From Candidatus Bathyarchaeota archaeon (lineage in GTDB: Archaea; Thermoproteota; Bathyarchaeia; 40CM-2-53-6), in contig CAWHWX010000023.1 of the NCBI GenBank assembly GCA_963833125.1, forward strand, positions 1 through 49,379: 49,379 bases of DNA, given 5' to 3'. Made by a program: the position numbers and the translations under genes. Shown here in pieces: positions 20,008-30,250 of this stretch. The notes under the pieces were generated by a model. That model was not told the DNA's origin, ran no database searches, and saw nothing but the letters and a program-made list of their open reading frames with translations. How positions within the stretch are numbered: position 1 is the first letter of the stretch; every line of letters starts with the position of its first letter.

Positions 20008-21714
20008 TTGGATTTGACCCTTAGACTCGCAGGCGAATCAGGCGATGGAGTCATTCTCGCAGGGGAGGTCCTGACGTACGCGCTATCTCGAATGGGTTTG
20101 AAAATTTTTACATTCAGAACATATCCTTCCTCGATTCGCGGAGGTCAGTGTATGTATCAGATTCGAGCGAGCGACTGGCATGCCTATTCTCAAGGAGACA
20201 CATTGGATGTACTTGTAGCATTCGACACCGAGGCTGTATCGTCTCACGTGAAGGACCTGAAACCCGAGGGAGAGCTGATATTTGACCAAGACCGAACCCC
20301 AAGAGATTCACCGGCCCTACCAAAACGCGCATTTGGCGCGCCATTCACATCGATCGCCAGGAATGAGCTTGGATTCCCAAAGGCCAGAAACATAATCATT
20401 GCAGGATATGCAGCGGGAACCATCGGCATCTCCGAGACGATCATGAAGGAAGTCATAACGGGAAAACTAGGATCACGCGGAGACGCCATTCTTGACAAAA
20501 ACGTTTCGGCAAATCGGTTAGGGTTCAATCTCGTCCCAAAGGAAACGATTCAGCCTCTGCCTACTGGAGAAGCGAATAAGATCGTATTGTCTGGGAACGA
20601 AGCGATTGCACTCGGCGCAATAGTCGCGGGCTGTCGATTCTATGGGGGTTACCCAATCACACCCGCCAGCGACATTTTCGAATCGCTCGTAGATCTTCTA
20701 CCCGAAGTTGGCGGCCGCATCTTCCAGGGCGAGGATGAGATGGCGTCAATCGGCGCCGCGATAGGCGCCTCCTACGCGGGAACAAAGGCTATGACAGCAA
20801 CTTCCGGCCCTGGCTTCTCACTGATGACCGAAATGATAGGGATGGCGTCTATGGCAGAGATTCCAATCGTAATTGTCGACGCGCAGAGAGGTGGACCCTC
20901 AACTGGATTACCGACGAAGACCGAGCAATCGGATCTCAATCACGCATTGTTCGGAGGCCACGGCGATGTCCCCCGGATAGTGCTCGCACCTGGAAGTGTC
21001 GAAGACTGCTTCTACCAAACAATCCGAGCGTTTAACTTGGCAGAACTGTACCAGCTTCCAGTTATTCTGCTAACAGACCAGTCGTTGGCTCAATGCACGG
21101 AGGGTGTGTCCCTACCGGATATTGATAACCTGCATATTGTGAACCGGGAAAAAGCCAACGTGAGTGATGAAGGCAGGTTTCTGCGGTATGCAGTCACAAA
21201 CAACGGTGTGTCCCCGATTTCAACTCCGGGCGAGGCCGGAGGCGAATACGTCGCCGAGAGTGCAGAACACGACGAGCGGGGTCGAGTCAACTTCGGCACA
21301 AATACTCATTCTCAGATGACGGCGAAGAGATTCAGAAAATTAGAGACAGCTGAAAAGGAGCTTGCAGATGACAAACTCAATTTCATGGAAGTCGACGACC
21401 CTGAAGCGAAGCTCGCCGTGATTGGATGGGGTTCAACACAGGGGCCAATCCATGAAGCTGTTCTCAAGGCGAAAAAGAAACTTATTCGAGTCAAATGGCT
21501 GCAATGCAAAATGCTCAGCCCGCTTCCCAGAGAGAAGATAAACGCCTTCCTCGTAGGAGTAGACCACGTTGTGGTCCCTGAACTAAACTATACTTCGCAA
21601 TTCGCGAACTTATTGCGTATGAATTTCGCGATCGAACCGATTCCGATTACGAAAACTGAAGGTATGCCTTTCACGCCGGGTGAGATATTACAGAAAATAG
21701 AGGAGCTGGCGTAA
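20008..21714 (+). CDS. korA: 2-oxoacid:ferredoxin oxidoreductase alpha subunit (gamma-alpha fusion)
   Basis: AGESGDGV, IRGG, GYPITPAS, TSGPGFSLM and QRGGPSTGLPTKTEQSD. Confidence 0.93.
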   Translation: MDLTLRLAGESGDGVILAGEVLTYALSRMGLKIFTFRTYPSSIRGGQCMYQIRASDWHAYSQGDTLDVLVAFDTEAVSSHVKDLKPEGELIFDQDRTPRDSPALPKRAFGAPFTSIARNELGFPKARNIIIAGYAAGTIGISETIMKEVITGKLGSRGDAILDKNVSANRLGFNLVPKETIQPLPTGEANKIVLSGNEAIALGAIVAGCRFYGGYPITPASDIFESLVDLLPEVGGRIFQGEDEMASIGAAIGASYAGTKAMTATSGPGFSLMTEMIGMASMAEIPIVIVDAQRGGPSTGLPTKTEQSDLNHALFGGHGDVPRIVLAPGSVEDCFYQTIRAFNLAELYQLPVILLTDQSLAQCTEGVSLPDIDNLHIVNREKANVSDEGRFLRYAVTNNGVSPISTPGEAGGEYVAESAEHDERGRVNFGTNTHSQMTAKRFRKLETAEKELADDKLNFMEVDDPEAKLAVIGWGSTQGPIHEAVLKAKKKLIRVKWLQCKMLSPLPREKINAFLVGVDHVVVPELNYTSQFANLLRMNFAIEPIPITKTEGMPFTPGEILQKIEELA

Positions 21715-21716
21715 AG

Positions 21717-22543
21717 TTGACGGGTCCAGCATCCGGCGAATACAGGTCCGATTATAACCCTAGCTGGTGTCCCGCCTGCGGAGATTACGGAGTTCTCAAA
21801 TCAATCGATATGGCGTTCCATGAACTTGCGTTGCGCCGCGAACAGGTGGTGGTCGTCTCAGGAATCGGTTGCAACGGCCGATTCCCACATGGCTTCAGAA
21901 CTTACGGTTTCCACACTCTTCATGGGCGGGTGCTCCCCATAGCCCAAGGAATCAACATGGCTCAGCCTAGACTAAGCATAGTCGGGATAGCTGGAGATGG
22001 AGATGCGTTCGCCATAGGCGGAGGACACGTTCCGCACGCGGCGAGGAGGAACCCAGACCTAGCGTACATAGTGCTCGATAATGGAATATTTGCGCAGACT
22101 AAAGGCCAACCATCCCCCACGACCGCCCTAGGCTTCAAAACAAAAACGACCCCAACCGGCAACCAAGACGACCCAATAGACATCAGCCAACTCGCGCTTG
22201 CATATCACGTCTCATTCCTTGCAAGAGGCTTTCCAGGCAAACCAAACCACTTGGCACACATTATCGCAGAAGGCATCAAACACCGAGGCTTCGCCCTCAT
22301 ACACGTGTTGAACCCATGCCCAACGTTTCACGACACTTGGAAAGAGTATTCAGCAAAATATCTGAGATAGGCCCAGAACACGACCCTACAGACCTCGAAG
22401 CAGCCCGAAAGTTACTTGAAAGGAATGACAAAATCCCGATAGGCGTCATCATCAAACAGGAACGGCCCACCCAGGAAGAACGAGTAATAATCCCACCTGG
22501 GTCTAGCTCCGACGTGAAGAGCATACTAGCCTCGTTCCGATGA
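21717..22543 (+). CDS. korB: 2-oxoacid:ferredoxin oxidoreductase beta subunit (frameshift near 22360)
   Basis: WCPACGDYG, SGIGC, HTLHGR, GDGD TPP motif, TKGQPSPT and PCPTF. Confidence 0.9.
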
Positions 22544-22570
22544 TCTGTACCCTTCAGTTAGGCACCATAC

Positions 22571-23412
22571 ATGACCCTGGTGTATGCATGCATTGCCCCT
22601 CACGGCAGCGAAGCAATTGAGCAACTTGCAACAAAGGCCGCAGCGAAGAAGTTCCTGAAAACAAGAAACGGATTGCGTAGACTTGCGTCAGATGTAGGAA
22701 AAGCAAAGCCAGATACAATTGTGATAGCAACTCCGCACAACCTCAGATTGATTGGAAAAATCGGCATTGTACTCTCCGAAAATTCCACAGGAACCCTACA
22801 GGCATCCCCGCGAAACAAGAAAACAGTCAGCCTCAAAGCCAAATGTGACGCGAAATTCGCGAGCAACTGCTCCAACGCTCAGCTAGAAGACGCCTGCCCG
22901 TCGTCGGTGCGCATTATGGAACTACCGAGGGGATCACTTCGGACATGCCTATGGATTGGGGAACGCTGGTTCCTCTATGGTTTATGATGCCTCGATGCAG
23001 AAAGAAACCGAAAATTGTCATAGTGACGCCTTCGCGCGAGATTCCATTATCTAAGAACGTTGAATTTGGTGAAATAATAGCCGAACAAGCAGAGTCTAAT
23101 CGAAACAAGAGAGTTGTCTTCGTTGCGAGTGCCGATCAGGCACACGCCCACAAAGAGAACGGGCCATACGGCTTCAACAGACAAGCAAAGGACTACGACA
23201 GAATGGTGCTAGAGGCGTTACTCAGGAACCGAATAAGCGCAGTCATGACTTTCAAGCAGAGTTTGGTTCGGGCAGCGAAGCCTGACAGCCTATGGCAAAT
23301 GGCCATGCTGGCCGGAATCGCGGATAAGATCAACCTAAGGTCAGAAATTGTCTCCTACGATGTCCCAACTTATTTCGGAATGATATGCGCAAGGTTTCGA
23401 AGAGAATATTGA
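22571..23412 (+). CDS. LigB/class III extradiol dioxygenase-fold protein (frameshifted)
   Basis: ACIAPHG, PDTIVIATPHN, MPMDWGTLVPL, FVASADQAHAH and YFGMICA. Confidence 0.8.
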
Positions 23413-23425
23413 AAATTTTGATTGG

Positions 23426-23719
23426 TTAGGTCCAGTGACCCGTGAGCCAAATTCCCTGGATGTTCGTTCCGTTGTGGTAGCTTAACAACGTTGTAAAGTA
23501 CTTACTTGGCACGTTGTCAGAGTTCTTGGTCAATACCGGGCCGGTAATTACTGGCTGCGTTTTGCTGGTTTCAGAATCGCTACAGTAGGTTACCGTGACC
23601 AAAGTATTGCCGGAACCTGTATCCACTTCGAACCACCATTACTCAGTTTGAGGATAGAATATGATTTCATCATGGCGTTTAGTGGGATGCGTCGCTGCGC
23701 TGCTTGCAGTAGTTGCCAT
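23426..23719 (-). pseudogene. Hypothetical ~97-codon ORF with one in-frame TAA
   Basis: GAGGT RBS and ATG at 23719. MATTASSAATHPTKRHDEIIFYPQTE*WWFEVDTGSG... continues in the same frame into ORF 23426..23626. The TAA is at 23641-23639. Confidence 0.45.
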
Positions 23720-24038
23720 TGCTACCTCTCGGTATTTCCTTCTGGTCCCCATAGTCTACCTGGGCCTCTGGAGAATCGTACTATCTGAAGCGTTTACTCG
23801 CCTCGATCCATTGAAACACATAACGTGAACATTCCCTCAGTGCATCATCCCGGTTCGCGAACGAAAGGGTTCATGACGAGTAGTTCGGCATTGATAGAGG
23901 GGCCGAAGCAGCCATCGAATGTTCTAAGCCGTTGGCCCCAGGTTTGTGAAGCGAGGCCGTCTGTATCTCAGAACTGGAAAGCAAACAAAAGCCATTTCCT
24001 CATTGATTCCTGACCGCTCGCGAACAAAAAAACTTGCA

Positions 24039-25110
24039 ATGAGTCGATCGATGATGCTTGAAAAACCGAAGCTCTTCGGCAACCTGATCACTCAGGTGAT
24101 TCGGCCCGATCTGTGTACCTTCTGTGGAGCCTGCATGGCCTCTTGTCCCGTCAACATTCTTTGGCCTGTCGGAGAACAGCCAACACTAGTCGGGGCTTGT
24201 GCACTCTGCGAGATCTGCTACTACCAATGTCCCACGGTGGATTTCTCGAAAGAAGACGTTGAGGTTTTCCTATACAACCGAACCAGACGCCCCGACGAAC
24301 CCTTCGGAATCTCTCTTGGAACGTTCGTGGGCAAGGCAAGTAGAAAGGAAATTCAAAGCCAAGCTCAGGATGGAGGCATCGTCACTGCCCTTCTCGCGTA
24401 TGCAGTTGGAGAGCAAATTGATCGACGCCGCAGTTGTGGCGGGAAGAGACTCGAAGTGGCGGGCAAGGCCAGAAGTTGCAACGACGTATTCTGACTTGGT
24501 AAAGGCGGCTGGAACGAAATACACGCCGAGCCCAACTTTGCTTGGCGTGCAGTCAGCTTTGAATGAATACCAGAAAAATAGGATTGGCCTAGTGGGAACA
24601 CCATGCCAAATTAGAGCTGTGAGAAGAATCCAGACTTCGCCCTTGGGCAATATCCGATTGGCACAGGCAATGACGCTGTCGATAGGCTTGTTCTGCATGG
24701 AAAGCTACGCGTACGGCAAGCTCGTTGGGGCGTTTGTTACGAGCAGAGGAATCGACCCGGCCACTATCACTCGAATGGGAATCAAGAAAGGCTCCTTCAT
24801 AGTATGGTCGGGAGAGAACGAACTCTTGCATGTGCCCCTGAAGGAAGTGGATTCATTCGTAAGAAATAGTTGCAAGCAATGCGATGACTTCACCGCTGAA
24901 TACGCCGACATCTCAGTTGGCGGAATAGGTTGTCCACTTGGCTATTCCACCGTTATAGCGAGAACCGAAAGGGGATTCGATCTGTTGAAAAACGCTGAGA
25001 AGGCTGGGTACGTAGAACTCCGCAAACTCAAACCCGATGAGAAAGGATATCTCAAAGTCGTCAACATGTCCCAAACAAAACGGCTGAGAACCGCAATCAA
25101 GCCAATCTAG
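24039..25110 (+). CDS. Coenzyme F420 hydrogenase/dehydrogenase beta-subunit (FrhB/FpoF-like) protein with N-terminal 2x[4Fe-4S] (frameshift near 24400)
   Basis: CTFCGACMASCP and CALCEICYYQCP, QDGGIVTALL, AGTKYT, VGTPCQ, IGLFC and CKQCDDFTAEYADISVG. Confidence 0.88.
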
Positions 25111-25183
25111 CGGCATCCGTCAGAACAGAAGTCAATTTCCCACTTAAATTGAAGCCTCGCGATTACACATCGGAGACTGGTCA

Positions 25184-26053
25184 TTGTCCCAAGTAGATTT
25201 CAAACTCGACCCTAGCTTGAAGCTTGGTCCCGTATGTTTAAGGGTAAATGATCTGGACTCGATGCTTTCATTTTACAAGCAAGAGTGGGGTCTCAAATTA
25301 ATCCGACATGATGGGAACTTCACGGCACTCGGCAGCGGACAATCTAAGGAACCGATCCTCATTCTCGACCATGATGAGAAGGCGTTGAAACCTCCCGCTG
25401 ATGGGGCTGGGTTGTATCACTACGCACTCCTTGTCCCCGACCGAAAGAGCCTAGCTACAACGTACCTCTCGCTCGGAAACAATGGCGTAGTCTTCGACGG
25501 TTACGCGGACCACAATGTCAGCGAAGCGCTCTATCTGAGTGATCCCGAAGGCAACGGAATCGAAATCTACGCTGACAGGCCGAGAAGCGAATGGAAATTT
25601 GAAGATGGCGAAGTTCAGATGGCAACTCAACCCTTGGACCTAGAATCAATCATCAAAGAACTTCCGAAGGGGGCACATGATGAGAAGGCTGGAATGGTCG
25701 AAGGAACTCGGGTCGGTCACGTGCACTTAAAGGTTACTGACCTGCAGGCGTCGATAACATTCTACAGGAATGTTTTGGGGATGGATTTAATGAGCTATTT
25801 GGGAAGCGCGGCCTTCCTTTCAGTTGGAGGTTACCATCATCACATTGGCATGAACACATGGGAGAGCCTCGGCGGACCAAGAGCGGAGAAATCTTGGCTG
25901 GGCCTAGAGTACTTCGTTCTCAACATCCCACGAGCAAACCTGAACGAACTTTCTTCTAGGCTTGGTGGAAATTTGAGCGAACAAAGCGACGGGCCTGGGA
26001 GAGTTTTCGTCTCTGATCCTGATGGAATCCAATTAGTCTTTAGCGCATTTTGA
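25184..26053 (+). CDS. Two-domain VOC protein (CatE-like catechol 2,3-dioxygenase/glyoxalase)
   Basis: GLYHYALL, ADHNVSEALYLSDPEGNGIEIYADRP, GHVHLKV and GGYHHHIGMNTW. Confidence 0.9.
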   Translation: MSQVDFKLDPSLKLGPVCLRVNDLDSMLSFYKQEWGLKLIRHDGNFTALGSGQSKEPILILDHDEKALKPPADGAGLYHYALLVPDRKSLATTYLSLGNNGVVFDGYADHNVSEALYLSDPEGNGIEIYADRPRSEWKFEDGEVQMATQPLDLESIIKELPKGAHDEKAGMVEGTRVGHVHLKVTDLQASITFYRNVLGMDLMSYLGSAAFLSVGGYHHHIGMNTWESLGGPRAEKSWLGLEYFVLNIPRANLNELSSRLGGNLSEQSDGPGRVFVSDPDGIQLVFSAF

Positions 26054-26439
26054 TCTTTGAGCTCTCAGATTCGCTTACCACAAAACATGACTCCCTGCAG
26101 CCGAAAAGCGTGTACCGCCTACTCGCAATGAAATCGTATACCCTATCCGCTAATGAACTGCTGAATAGACTGCACACTAGCTTAAACGGAACAAGAAGCC
26201 TGCAAACCTCTGCGATTGCAGCCGGTCCCGCTGATTAGAGAACCGTCCTCTCGGATTAGGTGCATTCGACCTTGGAACTCTCGGTCGCTCATTCCATATT
26301 TCCTCCTCGACCCTAGGGCAAGTTTTTGGAACGGCTCATATTCGAGCGCACGGCTTCCATCAATTAAGGTGAGAAACCGGACGGCGCCGGTACAGAGATT
26401 GCAGATCCCATCGTAAATCACGTGCGGCCTTTGAATCAA
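26040..26439 (-). CDS. DCC1-like thiol-disulfide oxidoreductase (DUF393) (frameshift near 26225)
   Basis: VIYDGICNLC. The shifted frame gives VYDFIASRRYTLFGCRESC and ends at 26040. Confidence 0.78.
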
Positions 26440-26469
26440 GGTGAATTCCCAACACGGGCTGTCATTAAT

Positions 26470-26634
26470 TCAATGACCCTTGTTTATGCTCGCGTAGAGC
26501 AAGTCACCGACGTTCATGGGTGGAGGCGTGTAGAGATGAGTAAACTTGCATTCATCACAGTAAGTTCTTCGACACTCGACACAGAAGCCTATTGGCCGTT
26601 TTCCACTTCCACAGGAACAGGTTTGCATGCTCAT
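26470..26634 (-). CDS. 54-aa B-box-like zinc-finger protein (not in the ORF track)
   Basis: MSMQTCSCGSGKRPIGFCVECRRTYCDECKFTHLYTPPPMNVGDLLYASINKGH*, with GAGGAG upstream. Confidence 0.65.
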   Translation of the reverse strand: MSMQTCSCGSGKRPIGFCVECRRTYCDECKFTHLYTPPPMNVGDLLYASINKGH

Positions 26635-26761
26635 GAAACTCGACACTCCTCTACGAGCTGAATAATACCGAACTCATGAGCAACTCAATCAGCCATCACT
26701 TCTTAAGGAGATGGGAGGAGGCGGTTGGATTATATAGCGTCCTACACGTGATTTTGACTTC

Positions 26762-28252
26762 ATGTCTCAGAATCAAGTCATAATGGAGATCGCTGAGAAG
26801 TACAAGCCGCTATGGGCTCTGGATAGTGTAAGTGCACTCCTTGAGTGGGACATGGAAACCTACATGCCACTCGGATCTTCGGCACCGAGAGGCTTCGCAC
26901 TCGCTCAAACCCAATTGATCAAGCAGGAGCACATGGGCAAGTTAGTTGACTTAGCGCAAAAGGCAGAAAAGTCGTCCGGGCTTAATGATTACGAAAAGGG
27001 GTTTGTAAGGGTACTAAGACGCGACTTGGATTATTACTTGAAAGTTCCTCCAAAGCTTTTGGAAGACATCATCAGAACGGCGACTGAAGGCACTGTTGTC
27101 TGGAGAGAGGCTAGGCAGAAGTCGGATTTTTCGTTGTTCCAACCATACCTTGAAAAAATGGTTGGATTGAAGAGAGAGGAAGCGGAGAAACTTGGTTACA
27201 CGGGACACCCGTATAATGCGTTGATGGATAGGTTTGAAGAAGGACTTACGACGAACGATGTGGACAGAGTATTTTCTCCGATGGCTTCTGCACTGAAGGG
27301 GATCCTCGACAAGGTCTTGTCAGCAGGCAAGTTTCCAAGAACCCATCCCCTCGAAGAAATCGCATATGCAGAGCCCGCGATGAGGCGAGTGAATGAAGAT
27401 GTGCTGAAGTTAATGCAAATGCCAGAAAAGACGTTCAGAATGGACGTTTCCACCCATCCATTCACGACGAGCATGTCCATAGAGGACGTGAGGATAACTA
27501 CAAGGTACGAGGGGAAGGACTTCAAGGCTTCTCTCTACTCAACCATTCATGAATCTGGGCATGCGATTTACGATTTGCAGATTGACCCGTCACTCGACTA
27601 CACGCCGCTCTCCAGGGCTACTTCATTGGGCGTGCACGAGTCACAGTCAAGGTTCTGGGAAAATTTCGTTGGGAGGAGCAGAGAATTCGTAAAACTTGTT
27701 TACCCAACCCTGAAGGCGAACCTACCATTTGTCGCTCCTTACAGCGAAGACCAAGTCTATCGATACGTGAACTCAGTGAAACCCAGCTTGATCCGGGTTG
27801 ATGCGGACGAATTGACCTACAACTTCCACATAATGCTCAGGTATGAATTGGAGAAGAAACTGATTGGTGGAGAAGTCAAAGTTTCCGAGGCTCCCTCAAT
27901 CTGGAAGGATTTGATGGAAAAGTATCTTGGTGTGCGACCCCAAAACGATGCCGAAGGAATCCTTCAGGATGTGCATTGGAGCGGAGGCATGATCGGCTAT
28001 TTCGCCACCTATTCGCTTGGCAACATCATAGCTGGAATGTTCTACGACCGAATTCGAAAGGACATGGATCTGAAGACGACGATTGTGAAAGGTGAATTTG
28101 GGAGACTTAAAGACTGGTTGAAGGAGAAATTCCACAGGTACGGCGCAATATATCCTCCCAAGGATCTCCAGAGGAAATTGTTTGGCGTGGAATACAACGC
28201 CCAGCCGCTAATCAATTATCTGCAAGAAAAGTACGTAGGAAATGCTAGCTAA
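26762..28252 (+). CDS. Carboxypeptidase M32 (Taq-type)
   Basis: HPF, DVRITTRY, IHESGH (HExxH), HESQSRFWEN, IRVDADE and GILQDVHW. Confidence 0.95.
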   Translation: MSQNQVIMEIAEKYKPLWALDSVSALLEWDMETYMPLGSSAPRGFALAQTQLIKQEHMGKLVDLAQKAEKSSGLNDYEKGFVRVLRRDLDYYLKVPPKLLEDIIRTATEGTVVWREARQKSDFSLFQPYLEKMVGLKREEAEKLGYTGHPYNALMDRFEEGLTTNDVDRVFSPMASALKGILDKVLSAGKFPRTHPLEEIAYAEPAMRRVNEDVLKLMQMPEKTFRMDVSTHPFTTSMSIEDVRITTRYEGKDFKASLYSTIHESGHAIYDLQIDPSLDYTPLSRATSLGVHESQSRFWENFVGRSREFVKLVYPTLKANLPFVAPYSEDQVYRYVNSVKPSLIRVDADELTYNFHIMLRYELEKKLIGGEVKVSEAPSIWKDLMEKYLGVRPQNDAEGILQDVHWSGGMIGYFATYSLGNIIAGMFYDRIRKDMDLKTTIVKGEFGRLKDWLKEKFHRYGAIYPPKDLQRKLFGVEYNAQPLINYLQEKYVGNAS

Positions 28253-28300
28253 CCTGTATACTGCAAACAAGTGAAATGAGAATTGGAAACCGTCGCCTAG

Positions 28301-28705
28301 ATGGATGAGAGACGTATGCCAAAGAAATATCGTTTAGTGTATACTGGAATACGGGTTAGGAATCTAAAGAAATCAATCGACTTCTACAGAAAAGTCATGG
28401 GAATGAGAGTCACGAGAAGAGGAACGATGCCTCACGGTGGCAAATATGTGGCTCTAAGAAGCCTCGGATCCTCACAGGAACTCGAATTAAACTGGTACCC
28501 ATCACGAAGCAAATTCTATTCCAAGTACCGACGAGGAGACGAATTAGATCACCTTGCCTTCGGCGTGGGCAACGTGAAAGCTACCCTAGCAAAACTCATT
28601 TCGAAGGGAGTTGAGGTGGCGGTTTCGGTTTCTGAAGCAAAAGGGATAACGGAGGTCTACGTGAAAGATCCGGACGGCATATGGTTAGAGCTACTTAGCT
28701 GGTAA
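28301..28705 (+). CDS. VOC/glyoxalase-family protein
   Basis: YTGIRVRNLKKSIDFY, LELNWY, LDHLAF and YVKDPDGIWLEL. Confidence 0.88.
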   Translation: MDERRMPKKYRLVYTGIRVRNLKKSIDFYRKVMGMRVTRRGTMPHGGKYVALRSLGSSQELELNWYPSRSKFYSKYRRGDELDHLAFGVGNVKATLAKLISKGVEVAVSVSEAKGITEVYVKDPDGIWLELLSW

Positions 28706-29000
28706 CGGTCATCTATCTCCGGCTCATTCACTTTTCCTGAAACGTTTCGATGCCGCCCTGTGGAGTTAAATCGAATGAAGAAACTGTACGCATTGTTTTG
28801 GATAAGGCTGTGCAGTCTCTGCCCCTGTGATCTCCCGTTATCTGGACCTCATCGATTTCATTCCACCCTGTTCTTTGTTTGATTTGCTCGAATCATATTC
28901 CGAAATTCAACCTCGCATAGTATCACAGCAGAAGAACATTCTTTGCCCTTCGACCTCGGCCCAGTAGTCGCCCCAGGTGGATTGGCAGATGGCGCAGCCT

Positions 29001-29903
29001 TCAGGAACTTTCAAGCAGTTTCCCTCTTTCCAGTCGAGCCATCAAATATCTGTCGAAGGCATCTATGGATTTCATGAATGTTGCTTGAACGTCGTCGGCT
29101 ATTCCAAGCTCGGGGGAGTATTTCTCGATCAAATCCATCGCCTCCTCGGAGTGATCCACGTCAGCCTCGTAGCCTTCTCTGAGGAAGTTCTTGGTTGCCT
29201 CGGTAACCTCATTTCCTTTGAGGATTGATGGATCAAAGTAGCCTACAGTCAGCTCCATCTTGTCTAAGGTTACGGTTCGCTATGAGCTCTAGTGGATGCA
29301 TCGCGGCCATGGTTTCAAGCCAATGGCATGTCTCAGCAATTTCGTTCCAAGATTTGATGGCCCATGCGGTGTCGGGTAGAGGAGGGGTGCGAGAAGTATT
29401 TGTTCTCTCGGCAAACCGAGGCTTTCGCCCATGCGTAAGAGCAATTCGTAGTGTGACGGACGCTCTGGGCCGTATCCTCCGAACTCGGTGTTGATGTTAT
29501 CGAGTTCGTATTGAGTGACATCTACTTTGTCGGTCTTTGCGACGATGTAGGCGCAGCTGCGTGTCCATTGCCTCAGGAAATGTTGATGCTCCACAACGTA
29601 ACCCAGCAGAGTCGGTTTGGACGGGTGTTGTAGGGCTAGGACGAAAGGATGCGGTTTCGGTCCGTAAAACCGTTCAATGAACCGCTTCTTCATCCAACCC
29701 TTCAGCCCTTCGCGGCCGAAGTCAAAGAATAGCGTCAGCGCTTTGGAGAGAGTTTGCGGGTCGCATTTCTTCTTAGTAATATTCCTGTTCAGCCACATTA
29801 CGTGCCCTGGATCACTCTCACCAGCCTCTTCACAGAAATGACGGGCGAGCGCTTCGTAATCCCCCCATTCGAGGGAAACTCCGCATACAGCACATTTTGT
29901 CAA
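29001..29903 (-). CDS. N-terminal C2H2-type zinc finger fused to a heme-oxygenase-like (TenA/PqqC/CADD) iron-redox domain (frameshifts near 29390 and 29250)
   Basis: CAVC...H...H at the N-terminus, then NINTEF...PSHYELL, and in rejoined frames [12 protein letters not shown] and [15 protein letters not shown]. Confidence 0.75.
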
Positions 29904-29933
29904 GGGGAAACATATTCCAACGATTAGGCCAGG

Positions 29934-30143
29934 TCAGAGTGGAAAATCGGCGGGCAAATGCGATCTCAACGCCTGGAATTCCTTGCTCCCCTCCTTCTTC
30001 AAACGCCCCAGGGTAGCCTTAACCTCATCAGACGATAGTCCGCGAGCGGAACTAACCATGCCCACAGTTTCTTCGAAGTTAGCGTGGCAAGTGTTGTAAC
30101 AGTTGACCATTCCATGAAGAAGTTCGTTTTCTTTAGGGGTCGA
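29934..30143 (-). CDS. Small helical hypothetical protein (start uncertain)
   Basis: PKENELLHGMVNCYNTCHANFEETVGMV...FQALRSHLPADFPL. It is co-oriented with and 30 bp upstream of the HO-like gene. No clean start codon sits next to the RBS-like GGCGAT. Confidence 0.55.
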   Translation of the reverse strand, partial: STPKENELLHGMVNCYNTCHANFEETVGMVSSARGLSSDEVKATLGRLKKEGSKEFQALRSHLPADFPL

Positions 30144-30250
30144 GGTATATCGCCGGTTTGCACTTGCTACCGCATTAGCTAAAAGTTTGCGGCGACCTCT
30201 GCGTTGCTGATCTAGTTTCGCATGTACCAAAGTATTTCCAGGGTAACATT

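Noticed and set aside
23855-24030. TCGCGAAC direct repeats about 160 bp apart as a possible target duplication
   Set aside because: There are no convincing terminal inverted repeats between them.
26520-26654. Long imperfect stem-loop that looked like an ncRNA or MITE
   Set aside because: The pairing needs several bulges and G-U pairs, I saw no target duplication, and the region is better explained by the B-box-like ORF on the minus strand.
28701-29000. GGTAACG at the VOC stop codon resembles the MITE end, followed by about 300 bp of non-coding DNA
   Set aside because: No partner inverted repeat, target duplication or credible ORF was found.
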